A stretch of 64,000 nt of DNA from an uncultured Thermoprotei archaeon (GTDB lineage Archaea; Thermoproteota; Thermoprotei; Thermofilales; B15-G2): NCBI GenBank assembly GCA_965367815.1, contig CBDUKN010000005.1:85333-149332 (forward strand). The letters run 5' to 3'. Positions 55,943-64,000 of this stretch are shown one piece after another. The notes below the pieces were generated by a model, which saw only the letters and a program-made list of their open reading frames with translations, did no database searches and was not told where the DNA came from. Both the position numbers and the translations under genes were made by a program. Position 1 is the first letter of the stretch; the number at the start of each line of letters is the position of its first letter.

Positions 55943-56602
55943 TTAATCTAATAGTATTTTATCTGCTTTCCATATAAGAGCTAATACTCCTATGATAGTG
56001 CTTAGTAGAGAAAAGGCTACTGCTAGCATGTATGACGCATAAATAGCATTTAAGTCTTCTACAAGCATTAAAGGAAGTATAAGCAGCGGCGATAGAACAG
56101 CCATTATTGTACCTGTAATTAATGCCGACTCTACAGGCAAGTACTTCATTTTGACCTCTTTTCGTTCTACCGTAAGGCCCTCAATTATAAAAGCTAGTGC
56201 CACAGCATAGTACCAGCTGCAGGAAAAGAGGAATATAATGTACTTTAGCGAGAGTTCCATTAACTGAAGAATAATTATACATATAACTGCTACCATGACG
56301 AAGGAGAACGCCCATACGGCATTTCCTAAGCGCCTTATTTTTCTGAGTTCAGGGTCTTTTATAACATTAGGTGCGAGTTTTCTTAGGGTTAGCATTGAAA
56401 GTTTGTATGAAATTATAAACACTACTATGATACTTATCCAGACAATAGGCGGAGGAGTAATCATGGTATATACTGACAGCATTATGAGGCCCCAGCTTGT
56501 GAAAAAGCCCATGAAAATGAGTATTTCTAAGGCTATTGAAATCGCAAATTTGTATTTTTCAAAACAGTGAACATACTGGGCGAAGCTCGATAACTCTTTC
56601 AC
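55943..56602 (-). CDS. Hypothetical membrane protein (about 6 TM)
   Basis: Hydrophobic segments; directly upstream of the wHTH gene. Confidence 0.7.
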   Translation of the reverse strand: MKELSSFAQYVHCFEKYKFAISIALEILIFMGFFTSWGLIMLSVYTMITPPPIVWISIIVVFIISYKLSMLTLRKLAPNVIKDPELRKIRRLGNAVWAFSFVMVAVICIIILQLMELSLKYIIFLFSCSWYYAVALAFIIEGLTVERKEVKMKYLPVESALITGTIMAVLSPLLILPLMLVEDLNAIYASYMLAVAFSLLSTIIGVLALIWKADKILLD

Positions 56603-56679
56603 ACTAATTCATGTGAGTTAAGCAGAATAAGTTTTTCCTGGGCCATAGTTATTTAGATTCTACTTACGGTAAGTACTCT

Positions 56680-59064
56680 GTGACTAAGATATATGCTGTA
56701 AGTAATGCTCACATAGATCCAGTGTGGCTTTGGCGGTTACGTGAAGGCATATGGGTTGTCCGAAATACTGTGCGAAGAGTGCTTGAGGTAGTTAAGAAAA
56801 GTAAGGCTGTTTTCGCGATGTCTTCTGCTATCATATATGAGTGGCTTAAGGAAATAGAGCCAAAACTTCTCGAGGAAGTACTAGAAGCAGTTAAAGAGGG
56901 AAAGTGGGAGATAGTAGGAGGCTGGATAGTTGAGCCAGACTGTAATCTTCCATGCGGTGAGTCTTTTGTGAGGCATGCTCTCTACGGTCAAATGATTTTA
57001 GAGAAACTGACTGGTAGAAAAGCTGTTGTGGCTTACAATATTGATAGCTTTGGACATAACGCTATGTTACCACAAATACTTGCTAAGTCAGGGTTCAAGT
57101 ACTATGTTTTTATGAGGCCCCAGGAAGAAGAAATGCATCTGCCTTTAGTTTTCTGGTGGGAGTCGCCTGATGGCTCACGTATTCTTGCATACAGGGTCCC
57201 CTATTCTTGTGTTGTCTTCGGTGATGGTTTTAGAAGACACTTGGACAGAATGCTAGAAGATTACGGAAAAGAACACGAGTTAATGCTTCTCCTGTATGGC
57301 AAAGGAGACCATGGCGGTGGACCGAGTATAGAGGATGTAAAGATACTTGAGGAAGTCTGCAGAGACTACAATGTTAAAGTTATTCACAGTACTATTGAGG
57401 AGTTCTTCAAAGAGTTACTTAAGTCACGTAAATCTTTCCCTGTAGTTAAAGGAGAACTTCAGCACCATGCTAGAGGATGCTATAGTGCTTATAGCGAAAT
57501 AAAGGCTTTGAATAGGAAAACAGAACATATGCTTCTCGCGGCAGAGCGAGTAGTTAGCATATGCTATTCTCTTTTTGGAGAAAAATATCCGGAGGAAGAT
57601 CTTAGGAGAGCTTGGAAATTGCTCTTGTTCTGTCAGTTCCATGATTCTCTTGCAGGAACTTGTATACCTGAAGCTTACGAAGATATCAGGGCGGTGATAT
57701 ACGAGGCTTTAAACAAGGCTCGAGAAATAATCGATATCTATAGTCAGAAAATTTCCAGTAGAATAAATCTAGAGGGCAATGGAGTTTACTTAGTTGTATT
57801 CAATTTAACGCCATTTGATTTAAAGTATCCAGTTGAAGTAGAGCCTGCATGGACTCCGGATAGGGCACTTTTACTAGAAGATAAAGCTGTAGACTACCAG
57901 TTTGTCGAAACTTCGGCGGCAGCAGGAACTACTAGAGCAGTATTTGTTGCAGACTTGCCTTCTCTCGGTTACCGCGTGTATAGAATAGTTCCAGGAGAGA
58001 CTCCTGTTAAGTCAGAGAAGGTTCCAAAGGAGCTCGAAATTGAGAATGAGTTCTTTAAACTCAAGATTTCTGAGAAAACAGGCTACATAGAGTATTTGTA
58101 TGATAAAAAGCATGGTGTACAAGTTTTTAGCCGGCAAGCAGCTGTTCCCGTAGTAGTTAAAGATGAAAGCGATACTTGGAGCCATGGTATTGATGCTTAC
58201 ACAGAGGAAGAAGGCTGTTTTACAGCATCTTCAGTAGAGCTTATTGAAAATGGTCCTGTAAGAAGCAGAATAAGAGCTACGTATACTTACGGTGAGTCAA
58301 AACTTATTCAAGATTTCATACTTTACAGAGATTTAGACTTCATTGAAGTAAGGGTGCAAGTTGACTGGAGAGAAAAACACAAGCTTTTACGTCTAGTTTT
58401 CCCCATTAATGTGCTCAACCCTGTTGTAACTTATGAAATACCTTACGGAACTATTGTCAGAGAACCCAACGGCGAGGAAGAGCCTGGCCAGAGATGGATC
58501 GATGTATCAGGTGAAGCGGCGTCTTTAGTAGAGAAGAAAACTTACGGAGTGACAATAATAAACGACTCTAAGTACAGCTACAGTGTAAAGGGATCTGAAA
58601 TAAGGCTAACTGTTCTAAGAAGTCCTGCTTATGCCCACCATGACCCCCATGAAGTCAGGCCGGGCCAGAAGTACCTTGATCAAGGTCTACACGAGTTCAA
58701 GTACTTGATATTTCCCCATGGAGGCTCGTGGAAAGAATACTGCGGTAAAATATTCTCTCTAAGTGAGACAATAGTGCTTGAGCCAATCTACATAGTTGAG
58801 GTACCTCATGGAGGCGAGCTCGGTAAAGTAGAATCGTTCCTTAAGATACATCCAGTGAATGTTGTGGCAACAGTGTTGAAGAAATGTGAGAAGAGCGGGG
58901 AGCTTATAGTAAGAGTCTATGAGGTAGCTGGTAAAGAAACTAAAGCTACTTTAAAGCTGTTTGGCAGAGAGTACGACATAGATATAGGTCCTTATGAAAT
59001 AAAAACTCTTAAAATAGACTTAAAGGAAAATAAAGTAACAGAAGTTAATTTATTAGAAGAATAA
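56680..59064 (+). CDS. Alpha-mannosidase, GH38
   Basis: NAHID.VWLW, EPDCNLP.GES, IDSFGH, GDHGGGP, QFHD...GT. Confidence 0.93.
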   Translation: MTKIYAVSNAHIDPVWLWRLREGIWVVRNTVRRVLEVVKKSKAVFAMSSAIIYEWLKEIEPKLLEEVLEAVKEGKWEIVGGWIVEPDCNLPCGESFVRHALYGQMILEKLTGRKAVVAYNIDSFGHNAMLPQILAKSGFKYYVFMRPQEEEMHLPLVFWWESPDGSRILAYRVPYSCVVFGDGFRRHLDRMLEDYGKEHELMLLLYGKGDHGGGPSIEDVKILEEVCRDYNVKVIHSTIEEFFKELLKSRKSFPVVKGELQHHARGCYSAYSEIKALNRKTEHMLLAAERVVSICYSLFGEKYPEEDLRRAWKLLLFCQFHDSLAGTCIPEAYEDIRAVIYEALNKAREIIDIYSQKISSRINLEGNGVYLVVFNLTPFDLKYPVEVEPAWTPDRALLLEDKAVDYQFVETSAAAGTTRAVFVADLPSLGYRVYRIVPGETPVKSEKVPKELEIENEFFKLKISEKTGYIEYLYDKKHGVQVFSRQAAVPVVVKDESDTWSHGIDAYTEEEGCFTASSVELIENGPVRSRIRATYTYGESKLIQDFILYRDLDFIEVRVQVDWREKHKLLRLVFPINVLNPVVTYEIPYGTIVREPNGEEEPGQRWIDVSGEAASLVEKKTYGVTIINDSKYSYSVKGSEIRLTVLRSPAYAHHDPHEVRPGQKYLDQGLHEFKYLIFPHGGSWKEYCGKIFSLSETIVLEPIYIVEVPHGGELGKVESFLKIHPVNVVATVLKKCEKSGELIVRVYEVAGKETKATLKLFGREYDIDIGPYEIKTLKIDLKENKVTEVNLLEE

Positions 59065-59072
59065 ATAATTAC

Positions 59073-60050
59073 TTATTTTTTAATAGACTTTAATATAATG
59101 TGATCTTCTTCGGGAAATACTGCTACAGCGGGCTCGCCCATATATGATGTCATTATGCTTTTGCCCATTCCCTCAGTATTATATGCGAAACCTATTCGGC
59201 CCATAGGATCTACTGTAATTATGCCACCAGTATGTGGCCCGAATCGCCTAGTAAGTATATCTATGGTGGCTTCAGCAGCTTTCATCGCTGAAACTCCTTG
59301 TCTCATAAAGTCGCATGCTGTTTTGCAAGCAAATATTAGTGTCAAGTATTCGCCCACTCCCGTTGCAGAAGCTCCACCAGCAGAGTTATCGGCGTAGAAG
59401 CCGCAGCCTACTAGCGGAGTGTCTCCTACTCGGCCAGGTAATTTAAGTGAATAGCCTCCAGTAGACGTGGCAGCGGCTATGTTGCGGTCTTTATCGATTG
59501 CTACAGCTCCCACTGTTCCCTCAATGAAGTCTTTGTAAAGAGTCTTCAGCCTAAAGAGGTGTGTGCCCCATTTTCCTTCAAGCCACAGCTTGAAGACTCT
59601 CTCAAACTTTCTTATTTTCTCTGGAGTTATTTTAATAGGCTCTATTTTCATTCCAAGTATTTCGGCTACTTTCTCTGCTCCAGGACCTGCTAGAAAAATA
59701 TGGTCTGTTTTCTCTAAGACTAACCGAGCTAACTTAATTGGGTTTTTAATATTTTTCACACAGGCTACAGCTCCGCACTTGAGGGTTTTTCCATCCATTA
59801 TGCCGGCATCCATTTCTATTTCCTTAGTGATAGTTAGCGAGGAGCCTTTTCCAGCGTTAAATAATCCTGAGTCCTCCATGTACTTGATGGCTGCTTCAAC
59901 AGCGTCTAGTGCGCTACCTGTTTTTAGTTCTTCGAAAGCGTAGAGGGCGGCTCTTCTAAGTTCTCGTTTTCTTTTTTCAACAAATTCTTTTGTAAAAAGT
60001 CTGTACCTACCAGCGCCGCCGTGGAGGATTATTCCGTAGATATTTGTCAC
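59073..60050 (-). CDS. Isoaspartyl peptidase/L-asparaginase (Ntn hydrolase)
   Basis: HGGAG, FNAGKGS, GTVGAVA, TSTGG, GRVGDTP, ATG.GE. Confidence 0.93.
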   Translation of the reverse strand: MTNIYGIILHGGAGRYRLFTKEFVEKRKRELRRAALYAFEELKTGSALDAVEAAIKYMEDSGLFNAGKGSSLTITKEIEMDAGIMDGKTLKCGAVACVKNIKNPIKLARLVLEKTDHIFLAGPGAEKVAEILGMKIEPIKITPEKIRKFERVFKLWLEGKWGTHLFRLKTLYKDFIEGTVGAVAIDKDRNIAAATSTGGYSLKLPGRVGDTPLVGCGFYADNSAGGASATGVGEYLTLIFACKTACDFMRQGVSAMKAAEATIDILTRRFGPHTGGIITVDPMGRIGFAYNTEGMGKSIMTSYMGEPAVAVFPEEDHIILKSIKK

Positions 60051-60096
60051 GTAGTTTGGGAAATTACTGAATAAATATAATACTATAGGTATAGTC

Positions 60097-60924
60097 TTAG
60101 CTTAGTGACTCGACTTGCCTAAAGAATATAATTGCTTGCTTGGCTTTTTCTTCAGGGGGTATTGACCTGAAGTCTTCAAGAGAGAGATAGCCCTTGTATC
60201 CTTTGTTTTTCAGTATTCTTATTACCTCACGCCAGTCGAGTATTCCTTTGTCCAAGGGTGCTGGAACTACTTTCCTCGGGTCGGTTTTATCGCGGTCGTA
60301 GTTTTTGACGTGTACGTGTTTAATGTAGTCTTTAAGAATATCTATTTGGACTATTGGCGGCTCCCATCCTTCCCATACTGCGTTTCCTGGGTCATATAAT
60401 ACTCCTATTTTTTCCGGATCTATGTCTCTTATTAAATCTATTATTATTCCAGCTGATGATGCTATGCATCCTCCTCCGTGTTGCTCTATTACTGGCAGAG
60501 CTTTAATATTCATTTCTTTTAGAGTTGAGTGTAGTTCTAGTATTTGTTTTCGAATGAATCTTCTGATCTTTTCGTAGCCTAGTAGGTCATCGTAGCCTGC
60601 TGTCTGTACTCTAAAGTACTTTGCCTCAAGTTTGTCTGCTATCGAAGCTATTTTAATCATTTTTTCTTTTTCTATTTTCCAGCGGTTTTCAGGGTACCCG
60701 AATTTAGCATAAGATGAAATAATCGGTATTTCTAATCCATAGTCTTGCGCTAGTTTCCGTGCTTCCGTTATTTTCTCTGAGCTAGGGTCTATTGGAAGAT
60801 GTATTCCGTCGTCATGTATTCTTATTTCTATTCCGTCGTAGCCTAACTCGCTTAAAATAGGTGGGATTTCTTTTAAATCTCGGTCTTTGAAGAGAAGAGT
60901 GTAAACCGAGTACTTCATTTTCAC
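60097..60924 (-). CDS. Sugar phosphate isomerase/epimerase
   Basis: EQH, DPGN, HVHVKN, GY.GYLSLE. Confidence 0.85.
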   Translation of the reverse strand: MKMKYSVYTLLFKDRDLKEIPPILSELGYDGIEIRIHDDGIHLPIDPSSEKITEARKLAQDYGLEIPIISSYAKFGYPENRWKIEKEKMIKIASIADKLEAKYFRVQTAGYDDLLGYEKIRRFIRKQILELHSTLKEMNIKALPVIEQHGGGCIASSAGIIIDLIRDIDPEKIGVLYDPGNAVWEGWEPPIVQIDILKDYIKHVHVKNYDRDKTDPRKVVPAPLDKGILDWREVIRILKNKGYKGYLSLEDFRSIPPEEKAKQAIIFFRQVESLS

Positions 60925-61811
60925 TCCCTAGCTCTCTTTAAGGCGTCCTCAATTATTTTCTTTAAGTTATTTATGCAGATTTCAGAAGCCTCTTCGCCCA
61001 TTTCAGAGAAGGCTGCGCCGCCAGGTTTAACTAATTCTTCTTCTGAGAGCTTCTTTTTGGGTCTCCAGTGTGTTTCTAGTGAAATATAGCCGCTGTATTC
61101 GTCTTTAATTAAGGCGATAAACTGGTTGAGGTAGTCTACGTCACCTTCGCCTATAGGACGTGGTTCAGGTTTTCCTTCAAGTCCTTTCTTGACTCCGTCT
61201 TTGACGTGCATGTGTATCATATATTTCTTTATAGCGTTGTATCCGTCAGGATATGGTATTTCTCCTTCGGGGTCCCATATGTCGTTGCCGGGGTCCCATA
61301 CTGCTTTAACGTACTTTGATGAAAGTTTCTCAATAAAGTAAGCTACAGTCTTGGCGTTTACTAAGAATGTCGCGGGCTCATTTTCTAAAGCTAAGTACAC
61401 TCCTTCTTTCTCGATTATTTCGAGCGGCTTTTGGAATTTTTCTAAGATCTTGTCTTCATAGTCTTTTAGGTTACCTTTTCGCCAGAAAGCAAATCCTCTT
61501 ATTTTATCTGTATCTAGCTTCTTTGCTAAATCAATACATTTCTCTAAAATTTCTATGTGTTTGCGGTACTCTTTTTCACTGTCTAAGTCTGCTTTAAAGA
61601 AAGGTGAAGCTATACAGCATACCTTTAAATCATACTTAGAGAGAATTCTTTTGATTTCATCTGCCCGCGGGATAAGATCTTGAGGCGGAGTATTCCAAAC
61701 AGTTCTTATTTCTACTCCTTCTAAGCTGTGTCTCCGGGCAAAAGCAGCTACTCTTTCTAAGTCCTGGGATACTTCGTCTGATATAACTGATAGCTTAAAC
61801 TTTATCATCAC
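60921..61811 (-). CDS. Sugar phosphate isomerase/epimerase
   Basis: ISDEVSQD, LENE, WDPGN, HMHVKD, ISLETH. Confidence 0.87.
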   Translation of the reverse strand: MMIKFKLSVISDEVSQDLERVAAFARRHSLEGVEIRTVWNTPPQDLIPRADEIKRILSKYDLKVCCIASPFFKADLDSEKEYRKHIEILEKCIDLAKKLDTDKIRGFAFWRKGNLKDYEDKILEKFQKPLEIIEKEGVYLALENEPATFLVNAKTVAYFIEKLSSKYVKAVWDPGNDIWDPEGEIPYPDGYNAIKKYMIHMHVKDGVKKGLEGKPEPRPIGEGDVDYLNQFIALIKDEYSGYISLETHWRPKKKLSEEELVKPGGAAFSEMGEEASEICINNLKKIIEDALKRARE

Positions 61812-61875
61812 TTAAATAGTGTCAGGAGAGTAAATAAAACTATAGAAACAGCTTGATGTAGATGCACAACCGTAG

Positions 61876-62115
61876 CTAAGTGTATGTTATATCTGTGTAA
61901 AACATTTCTTCCCTAAGTTCATTAATTAGCTTTCTTCCCTCTTTGAGTCTTTCTCTAATAATCCTAACTACTTCAATATCAGCTCTACCATTAGGCTTAA
62001 GCTTTCCTTTAAAATATTTGCTGTGAATTTTCTCTACTTCGGCGTACTGCTTTTTTAGCTCCTTGCAATAGTCAAATACACTGTATTCTCTACTTCTAAA
62101 GGGAAGTTTTATCAC
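61876..62115 (-). CDS. Hypothetical protein
   Basis: 79-aa ORF with its own TATA-like upstream sequence. Confidence 0.45.
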   Translation of the reverse strand: MIKLPFRSREYSVFDYCKELKKQYAEVEKIHSKYFKGKLKPNGRADIEVVRIIRERLKEGRKLINELREEMFYTDITYT

Positions 62116-62228
62116 AGTTTTTTCTTCATTTAACGCTATTTAAATTTATCTAAATTAAATGAAACTTATATAGAATATTGCATTAGAGGTGCTATAAGCT
62201 ATATAAATTCTCCCGCAGAATTTCGATC

Positions 62229-62447
62229 ATGAAGCTCTATATTTCAGTTGACATGGAGGGTATAGCTGGAGTAGTTACTAGAGACCATGTAAGTACTACA
62301 GGAAAAGACTATGAGAAGTACCGCAAGTACATGACGCTTGAAGTAGCTGCAGCAGTAAAAGCGGCGCTTGAGGCCGGAGTAGACTATGTTCTAGTGAATG
62401 ATTCTCACGGAGGAATGACTAACCTCCTTTTTGACCACTTACCTTCA
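62229..62447 (+). pseudogene. dppA: D-aminopeptidase DppA (M55), N-terminal fragment interrupted by an insertion
   Basis: MKLYISVDMEG.AG ... VNDSHG.M.N; homology ends after ~73 aa where GC-rich structured DNA begins. Confidence 0.85.
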
Positions 62448-62559
62448 GACCCCCTTTTTCGGCTCTAGGCCGGCTGGCCTTTCATTGCCTGCCTGGGGGT
62501 CAGGCGGGTTACCCCTCCGAGGATTATCCTCGGAGAGGGCTAGTGGGTAAAAACTTAAT
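62448..62559 (-). ncRNA. Putative TnpB omega/reRNA scaffold
   Basis: Hairpin CTCCGAGGA-3nt-TCCTCGGAG (62515-35); long-range GACCCCC/GGGGGTC pair (62448-54 and 62495-501). Confidence 0.6.
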
Positions 62560-63937
62560 TTAGTTTTTAGGCACCCATTTCTGTTCCTTAACAAGGTAAA
62601 TGAATGTCTTAGGATTATTCAAAATCCTCTTCAATACTGCTCTATCCAAAGAAACACTAGAATGTCTTCGAAGAATATTATAGGCTGCGCTTAAATCCGC
62701 GTTAAATTGTCCACATTTCTTGCACACTACTAGTCCCCTGTAAGGACGCTGTACTCGCTGACTGCACACTGGGCAAATACTACTAGTATTCTCTTCACTC
62801 ACCTCAACTACCTCAATACCCCTGACTTCACACTGTCTTCTCAAAGAATCAATTATTTGACGCGGAGCGAAAAATCCTCTAAGCAGTTCTCGAGTACGCT
62901 TCGACACAACTTCTTCAACTAAGTCTTCTCTACTAACACAATAGCACACTGAATTCCCAATAAATACAGTTGAAACACCTTTCTCTCTAAGAAACTCTGC
63001 AACTATCTTCGCCATCTGGTTAATAGCCTTCTTCCTCACTTCTCTAGCCTTCTTCCTAAACCTCCCTGCTTTCTCCAGAAACTTCCTGTATTTCATGTAA
63101 CACTCTTTCTCCTTCTCCTTATCATTGCTTTCAGCATGTTTAACTGCCTCCCAGAAATATTGGCTGGCGATTTTCTGCCTTTTACGTGCAAGCTTCTCAT
63201 TTTTAAGCCAATAAGCCCTCAACGTTCCACTCTTAAAAAGCATTGAAAAAGCTTCTCCACTATCGCTTACACCACACAAAGCAATGAGATTCCTAGCACC
63301 AATGTCTACAGCGGCTACACCATTTCCTTCTATCAATGGAATCTTTAAAGAAACACTAAAAGCAAAATACCATTTACCGTTTCTCCGAAAAATCTCTGCC
63401 TTATTTTTATTAGTACAGTATTCTCCTAAAATCAAGAAATTGTCTACAAGACAATGTCTTAGTTCTACAATAGGATATCTTAATCCATTAATATAAAATA
63501 CTAGTCCGCTCTCTAGTACTGGAGTCCACTTAACTTTCCCTCTAGCTCTTATTGACATCCATTTTCTACTCAACCTCACTTGAATTTTCTCAACAACCCA
63601 ATTACCCTCCCTTCTAACTGCATGAACTCTGTACTGTTGATTATGAAGAATCACTGGAATGTTTCTAAATTCTGGAGGACTTGTCTTAAACCCCTTTTTC
63701 TCAAGCTCAATATAGCTTTTCCATGCCTCAAGAACCTTCTTAGATACCTCATTAGCAATAGTACTAGAAGCTCCATTCTCCCTAAGAATCCTGTAAACAT
63801 TTACTGCGCTAGGAAACTTACGCTTACCCCTATAATATCCTCCAATATACTTGTTCGCCATATCAAAGTACTTCTTAAACTCTCTCTGAAGACACTTCAA
63901 CAACTCTTCTGTTTTCTCATCTACCTCTATCCTAAGA
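62560..63937 (-). CDS. tnpB: RNA-guided endonuclease TnpB, N-terminus truncated
   Basis: AAVDIG (RuvC-I), EENTSSICPVC..CKKCG zinc finger, NADLSAAYNI (RuvC-III). Confidence 0.92.
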
Positions 63938-64000
63938 CTGTCTCTTATACACATCTGACGCTGCCGACGAATTAGACGGTGTAGATCTCGGTGGTCGCCG
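63938..64000 (+). other. Untrimmed Illumina Nextera adapter (artefact)
   Basis: CTGTCTCTTATACACATCT + GACGCTGCCGACGA + 8-nt index ATTAGACG + GTGTAGATCTCGGTGGTCGCCG. Confidence 0.99.

Larger units (their letters stand above)
62448..63937 (-). mobile_element. TnpB-encoding IS200/IS605- or IS607-type element, left part missing
   Basis: tnpB plus a structured right end abutting the broken dppA; compositional shift. Confidence 0.8.

Noticed and set aside
1-64000. CRISPR array, rRNA genes, provirus, and the many short antisense ORFs in the track
   Set aside because: No repeat-spacer periodicity, rRNA-like stretch, integrase or capsid genes were seen; the nested antisense ORFs are shadows of well-supported genes

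Overview
A gene-dense, AT-rich archaeal contig end, probably from a thermophilic Thermoproteota (Thermofilales-like) genome. The assignment rests on a tRNA-Thr(GGT) with two introns including a T-loop 59/60 intron, many box C/D guide RNAs, leaderless genes with TATA boxes and a fused archaeal ThrRS. Most genes are for sugar and peptide catabolism (xylose-isomerase family, GH38, UxaA, sulfatase-like, M14/M28/M1, TldD/PmbA). There are also F420- and corrinoid-related genes (CofE, FrhB-like, LLM, B12-binding protein, UroD/MtaA family), two CBS proteins resembling the archaeal hibernation factors Dri and Hib, and an orphan NurA-HerA pair. A TnpB element with a rearranged RuvC-II site interrupts dppA. 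The last 63 bp are untrimmed Nextera adapter. Features absent from the ORF track: six C/D sRNA candidates (two overlap the 3' ends of CDSs; three guides match 16S rRNA), a 49-aa Cys4 microprotein and two gene relics. The most novel-looking locus is an ArsR operon encoding a 2-TM protein and a soluble peptide that share an MscL-like C-terminal helix, followed by a bactofilin. All family calls come from motif recognition only; no database search was run.
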